From a virus, in the IMG/VR virus record IMGVR_UViG_3300045988_131144, positions 1 to 64,000 of that record: a DNA stretch of 64,000 nt, one strand, 5' to 3'. The translations under genes and the position numbers were made by a program. This document shows positions 1 to 7,212 of the stretch, piece by piece. Below the pieces are notes generated by a model that was not told the origin of the DNA, did no database searches, and saw only the letters and a program-made list of their open reading frames with translations. The first letter of the stretch is position 1, and each line of letters opens with the position of its first letter.

Positions 1-1
1 G

Positions 2-100
2 TTGATGTGCCTCGACACCTTGGGCTACTCCGCAAAGGACATTGAGGTTATCACTTTTGAACAGTACGAAGCGGAATTTGGAGGGGATGAGGATGGCTGA
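2..100 (+). CDS. C-terminal fragment of a hypothetical gene running off the window start
   Basis: Open frame from the window edge to TGA 98-100. Its stop overlaps the next start (ATGGCTGA). Confidence 0.4.
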   Translation: MMCLDTLGYSAKDIEVITFEQYEAEFGGDEDG

Positions 101-275
101 ATTGAAACCGTGCCCGTTTTGCGGAGACAAGGGTGTTATGCAGAGAAACGGTCACTGCTTTCGGGCATGCTGCCCAAATAGAGACTGTCCAATCGAACCG
201 AGAACACACTGGTTTTTGAATCATCTATTAGCAATCGAAGCGTGGAACAGGAGGTCATCAGATGCAGACAGCTGA
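93..275 (+). CDS. Lar-family restriction-alleviation-like zinc-ribbon protein
   Basis: LKPCPFCG ... CPNRDC ... AIEAWNRR pattern. GGAGGGGA SD at 80-87. ORF 42..275 trimmed to the internal Met. Confidence 0.65.
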   Translation: MAELKPCPFCGDKGVMQRNGHCFRACCPNRDCPIEPRTHWFLNHLLAIEAWNRRSSDADS

Positions 276-1221
276 ACTTGAAATTATCATTCCCATTTAC
301 AATCGCGGGGAAGCCATAATCCCCACGCTTCAAAGTCTGCTGTTGCAGACCAAAGATGAATTTTTCGTCACATTCGTATTTGACGGGGCAGATGCCGTGG
401 CGAACGCGACCATCAACCGTCATTACGGCGATCGTCCGTATAATATCTATTCCATGCCGCATAGAGGCGTTGGCGCGACGAGGAATACAGGACTGATAAC
501 TTCGGATTCACCTTACGTTATGTTCCTCGATGCCGACGATTTGCTATTGCCAAACGCCGTAGGAACGATTCTGAACGCCATCGGTCACGGCTTTGACATG
601 ATGGTAGGCAAGACCATGCGCGAAGCCGAAAACGGCAATTTTGAGGTCGTAGGTGGCGCACAGATGACATGGATCCATGGACGCGTGTATTCAAAGGAGT
701 TCCTGACAAAGTACGACATCCACTTTCCGGACCTGCCTATGTGCGAGGATTTGGCGTTCAACATGATTTGCGCTGAGTTTGCCCAGCGCGTTTCTGAGAC
801 GCAATGGCCGATACATATCCAGCGGTATACCCCCGGCTCGCTGTCGCACGCAGAGGGTTCTCTGCGGCTCCAAGCTGAGACATACATTGAGGCTTGCACA
901 TTCTACATTGAAAGCGCAGCCAGATTCAGGTCACTGGACAAGCTCATGATACTACCCGCCACGCTTGCTGCTTGCTATTATTACCTCGATTCTTTGGAGC
1001 GAGAGTTTCCGGGAGATACCGAGCTATATCACAAAATGTGCAAGCAGTTTTCGGACTTGATAGACACCAGCGATTTCTATGTGCTCAACTCAATACCCGA
1101 ATGGCAAAGCCGCTTTGCAATGGCTTTAGCAACTTCCGCAAGACCGTTCAAGAAAACCTATATACCGGCGCTGACATTTGAGCAGCGAATAACAAATGCA
1201 AAATTGGAGGCTTTGAAATGA
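262..1221 (+). CDS. Family 2 glycosyltransferase (soluble, no TM segment seen)
   Basis: N-terminal IIIPIYNRGE...LQSLLLQT and FLDADD (DxD) motifs typical of the GT-A/GT2 fold. AGGAGG SD upstream. Confidence 0.75.
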   Translation: MQTAELEIIIPIYNRGEAIIPTLQSLLLQTKDEFFVTFVFDGADAVANATINRHYGDRPYNIYSMPHRGVGATRNTGLITSDSPYVMFLDADDLLLPNAVGTILNAIGHGFDMMVGKTMREAENGNFEVVGGAQMTWIHGRVYSKEFLTKYDIHFPDLPMCEDLAFNMICAEFAQRVSETQWPIHIQRYTPGSLSHAEGSLRLQAETYIEACTFYIESAARFRSLDKLMILPATLAACYYYLDSLEREFPGDTELYHKMCKQFSDLIDTSDFYVLNSIPEWQSRFAMALATSARPFKKTYIPALTFEQRITNAKLEALK

Positions 1222-1418
1222 AAATCACAAAAGAAATCGTATACGCCCTTGAGCACGAAAGAATAGCGGACATACTCTGTCTGATGTCCTTCGATTTCAA
1301 CCAAAAGGAAAAAGAAGCTGCATTCGACATGATTTGCGGCACACATACCATGGCCATGTCAGTTCTAAAAGCAATCGAGACGGAGGAAAAACAGAATGAT
1401 ACAAATCAAACTATTTGA
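1218..1418 (+). CDS. hypothetical protein
   Basis: Start overlaps the GT2 stop (ATGA coupling). No recognisable motif. Confidence 0.45.
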   Translation: MKITKEIVYALEHERIADILCLMSFDFNQKEKEAAFDMICGTHTMAMSVLKAIETEEKQNDTNQTI

Positions 1419-2026
1419 AAGCGAGGAGTTTGGCAACATCCGAACCGCAACAATCGATGGTGTCCCGTGGTTTGTCGGGGCGGATGTGGCTATAGCCTTA
1501 GGTTACATCAATCCTCGCGACGCGCTTGCGAAACACGTTGATGCAGAGGATAGGGGTGTCGCAAAATGCGACACCCTTGGGGGGCATACAAACCTTATCC
1601 ATCATCAACGAGAGCGGCATATACAGTCTGATTATGTCCAGTAAATTGCCCTCCGCAAAGCGCTTTAAGCGGTGGGTTACGAGCGAAGTCCTCCCCGCAC
1701 TCCGAAAGGGAACTGGACTTGAGGCCATTGAAGCCCTCAAGATGCTTTCGCGTGAGAATCAGAAGCGGGGCAATGCAGCCCTTTACGCCGCAATCCCGGA
1801 TATTGATCGAGCCACATACTGCAAGGCCGCTTCCATAACCGGAAAAGAGATTGCCAACCGAATGGGGCTGGATAAGCGGATCCCAAAGGCCGACGTGCCA
1901 CCTGAGTTTCTGTCTGAATATGATTCTGTGTTCTCCGATGTAACTCACCTCATGGTTCTCAACGAACGATATGGACTTGGGCTATCGGTAAGCCATGCGA
2001 TCCATCAAAAGAGCAATGCAGTCTAA
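1396..2026 (+). pseudogene. BRO-N domain antirepressor split by a +1 frameshift in a G6 run (1579-1584)
   Basis: ORF 1396..1644 gives FESEEFGNIRT..DGVPWFVGADVAIALGY...CDTLGG. ORF 1526..2026 continues GIQTLSIINESGIYSLIMSSKLPSAKRFKRWVTSEVLPALRK. Removing one G joins them into one canonical BRO-N domain. Confidence 0.8.
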
Positions 2027-2137
2027 ACAAAAGCTTCGCCCGAAGTCTTGCCACAAATATAATCCTTGTGTATTATAAAAGTGTCATATACGTGGGTGAT
2101 GTTCAACTCCATATAATGTTACCTCCTTCTCAAACGA

Positions 2138-2175
2138 AAGCACCGCTTTGACCGGCGGTGCTTTTGTTATTTTTG
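2138..2175 (+). terminator. rho-independent terminator-like hairpin
   Basis: AAGCACCGC / GCGGTGCTT stem followed by TTGTTATTTTT. Confidence 0.6.
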
Positions 2176-2204
2176 AACTTCTCGAAAAAGTTCCCGATTC
2201 AAAA

Positions 2205-2222
2205 GTGTGGACATGTCCACAC
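2205..2222. repeat. perfect 18-bp palindrome GTGTGGACATGTCCACAC (candidate recombinase/Xis arm site)
   Basis: Read directly. The same TGTCCAC half-site recurs twice at 2441-2460 on the other side of the att core. Confidence 0.6.
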
Positions 2223-2290
2223 TTGATGCAGTAAAATGCAGTTTTTTGCTTAGTGGAACTGGAAATTGCATTTTTCAAAAGTTAAGAAAA

Positions 2291-2333
2291 AAGCCCCAAA
2301 ACCTTAGTTTTTTCAAGGTTTTGAGGCTTTTTC
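2291..2333. terminator. bidirectional terminator hairpin
   Basis: AAGCCCCAAAACCTT / AAGGTTTTGAGGCTT stem flanked by A-run and T-run. It lies just beyond the CCA end of the tRNA fragment. Confidence 0.65.
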
Positions 2334-2335
2334 TT

Positions 2336-2380
2336 TGGAGCTGGTAATGTGACTCGAACACACGACCTGCTGATTACGAA
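2336..2380 (-). other. 3' portion of tRNA-Thr(CGU), from anticodon loop to CCA; att core, not a full tRNA
   Basis: Reverse complement reads TTCGTAA TCAGC AGGTC GTGTG TTCGAGT CACAT TACCAGC T CCA (anticodon loop, 3' anticodon stem, variable loop, T-arm, acceptor 3' strand, CCA). The sequence 5' of the loop does not pair, and the integrase stop codon abuts it. Confidence 0.75.
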
Positions 2381-2388
2381 GCAGTGTT

Positions 2389-3675
2389 CTATGAATCTAT
2401 AACCGCCTCGCGCCAATGGTTTCCCAAACTGGAAATTATTTTGTCCACGTTTTTGTCCACATCCGGACTTTTTTTGTTTTTGCGAAATGCGTCAATAAGT
2501 TCAGAATCTGAGAGAAGATCTTCCTCGTCGACGTCGGTATAAATGTTGGCTGTAAGCGCCATATCTGAATGTCCCATGTAACGTTGGGCATCCCTAAGTT
2601 TGACCCCGGCTTTCTTCAAATCGGTGCAGTAGGTATGTCTTAGATCGTAAAGCACAAGGTCATCGGCTATGCGATGTCCATTTCTCGGCTGCGTTGGGTT
2701 GTCCGGATCCGGGTACATTGGTGTGCCGTCAGGCAACAGATCGGACGGATCATATATATGTCCCTTTGCAGTATACTCCGCTCCGAGAGCAATGTCCATA
2801 TCACGTTTAAGATTTTCCCACCACCTGCGTATACAGGTTTCTGTGACCATCGTTTTTCCGTCTCGCTGGGTAAACAGAAAATCTGTGGAAGATTTCTCTG
2901 CAACGGCCTTTTTCAGCTCATCGGCCAAATCGAGCGGGATGGGTATTTGCCGAAGTCCTGCATGAGATTTTGGGCCTCCACCGAGGGCTTTTGTTCCCGA
3001 CTCAACACTGTCGCGAACAGTAAGAAACCTTTTCGTTAAATCGAGGTCAGCAACTGTCAGAGCGGAACATTCGTTAGGGCGCACACCGGTTCCGATAAGA
3101 AACTTTGCCCACAGTCCATGTTTATTGCGTTCCACTACGATGTTGAATGCGTCTCTCTCAGCAGCTGTCAGCGCTCTCCTACGCCCTTTTTCAGCGGCGG
3201 GCAATTCCAGTTTCAAAGACGGGTCAAAGATAATCACGCGCGAGGCTACGGCCTGTGAGAACATTGCTTTAATGACTATGCGCAGTTTTGAAACATGAGA
3301 AAAGGATTTTGTGGCTTCCCGGTTCAGTATATTTCGCAGGTGCGTGTCTGTTACTGCCTCAAGCTTTTTTCTGCCTATTGCGGGTATGATAATGTTATTT
3401 ATCATCCGCTCATACATACTGTACGATTTCTCGGTCATAGTATTGCGGCGTTTGGCCGTGCCCGGTTTACGCACTTTCGGTTTAACGTATGTGTCAAGCC
3501 AAGTCTGTGCCCAGTCCGCAACTGTGGGATTAACGAGTGCCTTTTCCTTGTTCTCCAGTTCTGCAAGTTTCAGGGCTATTTTTTCCTTGCAGTCCGCCTC
3601 ATCTCTACCCTTGACGTAGTAGCGCTGCCCCATATATGTAAAACTTGCCGACTTCCGTGCAGGAGATTTTGTCAT
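2389..3675 (-). CDS. int: tyrosine integrase (site-specific recombinase)
   Basis: C-terminal catalytic signature LYDLRHTYCTDL ... MGHSDMALTANIYTDV (H-x-x-R and catalytic Y). Lies adjacent to the tRNA fragment. Confidence 0.9.
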   Translation of the reverse strand: MTKSPARKSASFTYMGQRYYVKGRDEADCKEKIALKLAELENKEKALVNPTVADWAQTWLDTYVKPKVRKPGTAKRRNTMTEKSYSMYERMINNIIIPAIGRKKLEAVTDTHLRNILNREATKSFSHVSKLRIVIKAMFSQAVASRVIIFDPSLKLELPAAEKGRRRALTAAERDAFNIVVERNKHGLWAKFLIGTGVRPNECSALTVADLDLTKRFLTVRDSVESGTKALGGGPKSHAGLRQIPIPLDLADELKKAVAEKSSTDFLFTQRDGKTMVTETCIRRWWENLKRDMDIALGAEYTAKGHIYDPSDLLPDGTPMYPDPDNPTQPRNGHRIADDLVLYDLRHTYCTDLKKAGVKLRDAQRYMGHSDMALTANIYTDVDEEDLLSDSELIDAFRKNKKSPDVDKNVDKIISSLGNHWREAVIDS

Positions 3676-3697
3676 TTCCTCTCTCCCCTTTTAATCA

Positions 3698-4366
3698 TTA
3701 ACCTTTACGCCATGCTCTTAGCTGGTGCAAGGCTATCCATGCAATTGCACCAAGCCCGATGATGAAAACAAGAAAGAGCACAGCCGCATATATACTGAGC
3801 TGACCAAAGAGGATAAGCCCCTTGTCGCCCAGATGGAAGTCCATAACGAGGTAGTACCCCAGCGAGACTTCGAGTATTCCGGCCAGAAAAAGCAAAATAT
3901 AGATAATCGGTTTTCTGGACGCAAGTTCATTGGTCAGACGCCCCTTCTCTCTCACCAGACCGTCGTTAATAGCGTTCAGGCGGTTTACCTCGCCTTGAAG
4001 CCGAACATTTTCCAGCTCCAGCTTGTGAACTCGGTCGCGCTGATTGGATAGTTGCTCGGTGCCGTTGACAAGTCTCTCGTTCTCCGCGGTCAGTTCGCGG
4101 ATTCGCTGCAGGAGCACCTCTCGCTCGTAAGCTGGCTGCAAACCAAACACTTCGTCCGCGGACAGCCCAAGCGTGTCGATCAACGCTATCGCGTCCGATA
4201 CCTTCGGGTTATCCTGCGTGTCTGCGCTTATTTTGCAGACAGTCGAATAGGATACGCCTGACTGATCAGACAACGCCTGATTTGTCAATCCCTGTTCCGC
4301 GCGAGCATTTTTGATCTTTGCGGTGAAATCATCAAAAAACTGCTGCAATCGCTGGTACGATGTCAC
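3698..4366 (-). CDS. XRE-type HTH protein with coiled-coil and two C-terminal TM helices
   Basis: GLTNQALSDQSGVSYSTVCKI HTH, a long heptad-like segment, and C-terminal IIYILLFLAGILEVSLGYYLV / IYAAVLFLVFIIGLGAIAWIAL. GTG start at 4366 behind GGAGGGGAG; ORF track extends to 4540. Confidence 0.6.
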   Translation of the reverse strand: MTSYQRLQQFFDDFTAKIKNARAEQGLTNQALSDQSGVSYSTVCKISADTQDNPKVSDAIALIDTLGLSADEVFGLQPAYEREVLLQRIRELTAENERLVNGTEQLSNQRDRVHKLELENVRLQGEVNRLNAINDGLVREKGRLTNELASRKPIIYILLFLAGILEVSLGYYLVMDFHLGDKGLILFGQLSIYAAVLFLVFIIGLGAIAWIALHQLRAWRKG

Positions 4367-4577
4367 AATTCTCCCCTCCAGACAAATTTTCTCCAAAATA
4401 AGGAACTCCTGCTTCGACTCTTTTCGACTGACTTCTCCGAATCGAACAGGTATTCTCTTTTTAGGAGATGGACTTTGAAGATTACTTCTGCTACCATCGA
4501 AAGCGTAGCAGATACCGGTGCAATGTTCTATCTGCTGCAAGCTCCGGCGGAGGCGGCAACCAATGCCGGAGCGTTTT

Positions 4578-5054
4578 TCAAAATAACGTCAGTTCTTTAA
4601 GAAGTGATTTTTCTATATCGAGTATATCCGCATACGGCTTCAACCTTCCGTTGCGCACAAGTGCCAGATACCGAGATAATTTGCTCTGAATGGCCTTAAT
4701 GTCTTTCTCATCTTCCACCACAAACGGCGAACCATTCACCGTAAAAGGCCGCAATAAGTATTTTTCTATAGCAGGGATCGCGTCTCCGATAAGGAATGCA
4801 CTATCTTTTCCCTTTACCCTCGCAATGTAATGGAAGATGCATTTCCCTTTCCCGTACTTTTTCTCGTCGGCTGCGATAGACAACCTATATTTTTCAACTT
4901 TAGAACTTAATGGCACGAGCCATATTATTCCGTTTGCTCCCTCTATTGCCAAGTAATATGGACGGTTTTCGTACTTGTTGCTCATCATTTCGGACTGCCC
5001 GTATCTTTCAAAATAGTCATCCGATAGTATGTAAAGTCCGTGTGTTTTTATCAT
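4578..5054 (-). CDS. ToxN/AbiQ-like protein (type III toxin-family endoribonuclease candidate)
   Basis: LYILSDDYFERY, NRPYYLAI and WLVPLSSKVEKY resemble the ToxN/AbiQ N-terminal pattern (FY.I..Y...L, RPY, Y.APLSSPK), recalled from memory. 158 aa. GGGAGA SD. ORF track extension to 5150 runs through a terminator. Confidence 0.55.
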   Translation of the reverse strand: MIKTHGLYILSDDYFERYGQSEMMSNKYENRPYYLAIEGANGIIWLVPLSSKVEKYRLSIAADEKKYGKGKCIFHYIARVKGKDSAFLIGDAIPAIEKYLLRPFTVNGSPFVVEDEKDIKAIQSKLSRYLALVRNGRLKPYADILDIEKSLLKELTLF

Positions 5055-5073
5055 GCTATTTCTCCCACAACGC

Positions 5074-5106
5074 AAAACCGCCCTCCGCAATGAAGCAGAG
5101 GGCAGC
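5074..5106 (-). terminator. intrinsic terminator/attenuator inside the leader of the ToxN-like gene
   Basis: On the minus strand, CUGCCCUCUGC UUCAUU GCGGAGGGCGG followed by UUUUG, about 20 nt before the SD. Confidence 0.65.
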
Positions 5107-5261
5107 TTTTCAAGCCGACAATTTATAAGTCCCCGATCGGCAGGGGGCAATTATAAGCAGGTCGCATATTTGTTAGTCGCCTGACGACAGGCGGCAGTCA
5201 GATGGCGCAGACGCGGAACAAAGTTCTTTGTCATGGCAAGCAGTCACCCGCTTGCAAGATT

Positions 5262-5289
5262 ATTATACCACATCCTATGCGAAAGTAAA
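5262..5289 (-). promoter_or_regulatory. sigma-A type promoter for the ToxN-like operon
   Basis: Minus strand TTTACT, 16 nt, TATAAT. Predicts a ~200-nt untranslated leader. Confidence 0.55.
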
Positions 5290-5414
5290 CAGAAAAGTCC
5301 CTCTGTATTTAATTTTGTGGATTCTGCTGAATGGAATATTCGCGCTCTGGATATTCGTCCCACAGGCGTTACTAAAGAAACCGCTTAAAGTTTTTGAATT
5401 ATTAGGTTTTGCTG

Positions 5415-5443
5415 TTGCCAAAATTCGGTCAAAAAACTATAAT
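5415..5443 (+). promoter_or_regulatory. near-consensus promoter pointing into the 3' end of the repressor gene
   Basis: TTGCCA, 17 nt, TATAAT. Confidence 0.6.
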
Positions 5444-5482
5444 ATATACAAGTAAACATATTAAAATTAAATGGAGGTCGAA

Positions 5483-5629
5483 ATGGGAACAGCTACAATA
5501 TGCACAGAAGATATAAATACGACAATTACCATCAAAGAAATAATCGAGAAAATGCAGACGTTTAGTCAGGAAGATTTTTCTCTGATTGTTTCGGCTGTCG
5601 TCCAATTATGCAATCAACCACATTGCTGA
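5483..5629 (+). CDS. 48-aa hypothetical protein, convergent with and overlapping the repressor 3' end
   Basis: GGAGG SD 5 nt before the ATG. MGTATICTEDINTTITIKEIIEKMQTFSQEDFSLIVSAVVQLCNQPHC. Below the ORF-track size cutoff. Confidence 0.4.
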   Translation: MGTATICTEDINTTITIKEIIEKMQTFSQEDFSLIVSAVVQLCNQPHC

Positions 5630-5912
5630 TTGACGCAAGCTGCTCAGGGGTCAATGTTTCAAGTGAGGCCATCAAACTCATCAAAGCCTCATTACGACTG
5701 GCGGATGCAGGCTCTTCCCAGCCAACCAGCACACCCGGAGTCACCCCGAATATCTCCGACATTTTCTCTATACGCGAAAGAGGTATATTGTTGATAACGC
5801 CTTTTTCATATTTATACACATTCTGAGGTGCAATATCTAAAAGCTTTGCGAGTTGCTCCTGAGTCATTCCTTTTTGCTCGCGGTACATGGAGATTCGTTC
5901 ACCGATTGTCAT
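5562..5912 (-). CDS. CI-like XRE-family repressor
   Basis: MTIGERISMYREQKGMTQEQLAKLLDIAPQNVYKYEKG HTH. Divergent from a cro-like gene. GAGGTG SD. ORF track start trimmed. Confidence 0.8.
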   Translation of the reverse strand: MTIGERISMYREQKGMTQEQLAKLLDIAPQNVYKYEKGVINNIPLSRIEKMSEIFGVTPGVLVGWEEPASASRNEALMSLMASLETLTPEQLASISNVVDCIIGRQPKQSEKNLPD

Positions 5913-5988
5913 TATTATCACCTCGCTTTGAATAATATCACATAACTTTACAGTTTGCAAGAATAAAAAATTTTCTGCAAAAAATAAC

Positions 5989-6017
5989 TTGACAAGTTCT
6001 GAAAATGGGTGTATATT
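5989..6017 (+). promoter_or_regulatory. early rightward promoter
   Basis: TTGACA, 17 nt, TATATT, directly upstream of the cro-like gene. Confidence 0.65.
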
Positions 6018-6019
6018 CT

Positions 6020-6040
6020 AACTAACTTAAAAAGTTAGGA
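6020..6040. promoter_or_regulatory. operator-like inverted repeat AACTAACTT-N3-AAGTTAGGA
   Basis: Sits just downstream of the -10 element, over the start of the transcript. A second copy lies at 6245-6265. Confidence 0.55.
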
Positions 6041-6048
6041 GGTGCCCC

Positions 6049-6246
6049 ATGCTTAACACCAATGCCCTTAAAGGCGAAATAAAGCGCAACGGTCTGACTA
6101 TAGCTCAGGTCGCAGCAGAAATAGGTATTTCAGAATCAACAATGTCCCGTAAACTCAAGTACGGGAGCTTTGGCATTGAAGAAGCTGAAAAACTTATTTC
6201 TCTGCTCCACATAGCAGATCCGTGCGCTATTTTTTTTGCTGATTAA
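6049..6246 (+). CDS. Cro-like HTH regulator
   Basis: GLTIAQVAAEIGISESTMSRKL HTH. 65 aa. Position opposite the repressor. Confidence 0.7.
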   Translation: MLNTNALKGEIKRNGLTIAQVAAEIGISESTMSRKLKYGSFGIEEAEKLISLLHIADPCAIFFAD

Positions 6247-6265
6247 CTAACTTATTAAGTTAGTT
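6245..6265. promoter_or_regulatory. operator-like perfect inverted repeat AACTAACTT-ATT-AAGTTAGTT
   Basis: 9-bp arms read directly. Same half-site as 6020-6040. Confidence 0.55.
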
Positions 6266-6289
6266 TGTACTGATAAAGGAGGATAGCGA

Positions 6290-7031
6290 ATGAACGAGTT
6301 AATCAAAATCAACACCAGCAATCCCGACCGCCCTACGGTTTTGGGACGCGACCTGCACGAAGCACTCGGAGTTGAAACGCCCTACTCAAAGTGGTTTTCC
6401 CGTATGGCAGAGTACGGCTTCGCGGAGGGTGACGACTTCGTGACGGTGGACAAAAAATGTCCTCCGTGCTGACGGGTCACCAATGCCGCAGATTCAGCAC
6501 GACCACCAACTCACCATCCCTATGGCAAAAGAAATCTGTATGCTCCAGCGCACCGAAAAAGGCAAGGAGTGCAGACAGTATTTCATCAAAGTCGAGGAAG
6601 CGTGGAACACGCCGGAAATGATAGTTGCTCGCGCCCATCAGATTTTGCAGGCACGGCTCGACGAGGCAATCAGCCGCGTGTCCCTGCTCGAATCTAAAAT
6701 TGAAGAGGACGCTCCCGCCACCAATCTTGGTTATGCCGTAACCGCCGCTGATGACTCCATTCTGATCGGCGTAATGGCAAAAATCCTCAGGCAGAACGGC
6801 TATGACACCGGCGAGCAGCGATTCTTCGAGACGCTGCGCAGAGAGGGCTTCCTCATAAAGTCCGGCAGCGACAGAAACATGCCGACGCAGCGCGCTCTTG
6901 AAATGGGGCTGTTCACCATCAAGGAAAATGTGCATGTCACCCCGAACGGCAGTTTCACGACGCGCACGACGTTAGTGACAGGCAAAGGTCAGAACTACTT
7001 CGTCAATCGTTACTGCGGAAAGGGAAAGTAA
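6290..7031 (+). pseudogene. AntA/KilAC-type antirepressor split by a +1 frameshift in an A6 run (6452-6457)
   Basis: ORF 6290..6472 ends VTVDKKCPPC*. Frame +1 reads KNVLRADGSPMPQIQHDHQLTIPMAKEICMLQRTEKGKECRQYFI (AntA core), then a KilAC-like C-terminus. Removing one A restores a single ORF. Confidence 0.8.
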
Positions 7032-7072
7032 CTGACCACAATCAAAAATCTACTCTGAGGAGTGAATATCAA

Positions 7073-7210
7073 ATGGACAGCATCGCATCGGTTTTCATTC
7101 TCGTTGTCTTGGTTACATGGGGCGTGATTGCCCTCCTCAATCGAATAGCCGTCGAAGAAGAGAGACGCCATCACGACAGCGAACGTGCATGGCAGGAAGC
7201 GGGGTATTGA
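7073..7210 (+). CDS. 45-aa single-TM protein
   Basis: MDSIASVFILVVLVTWGVIALLN... Below the ORF-track cutoff, in the operon. Confidence 0.4.
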   Translation: MDSIASVFILVVLVTWGVIALLNRIAVEEERRHHDSERAWQEAGY

Positions 7211-7212
7211 AT

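Noticed and set aside
2023-2278. Minus-strand ORF 2084..2278, and a 29-aa ORF (2023-2112) with a strong GAAGGAGG SD
   Set aside because: The 64-aa ORF spans a terminator hairpin and the 18-bp palindrome, and looks non-coding. The 29-aa ORF has a good SD but no promoter that I could place, and it overlaps the BRO gene stop. It is too uncertain to annotate.
2336-2380. Possible tRNA gene
   Set aside because: Only the 3' part (anticodon loop to CCA) is present. The 5' flank is the integrase stop codon and cannot form the D-arm or acceptor stem. It is annotated as an att core fragment.
5055-5260. Expected tandem antitoxin RNA repeats (toxI/antiQ-like) upstream of the ToxN-like gene
   Set aside because: I looked on both strands and found only a weak 10-nt direct repeat 29 nt apart plus isolated hairpins, so no repeat array is annotated. 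The absence is reported as part of the finding.
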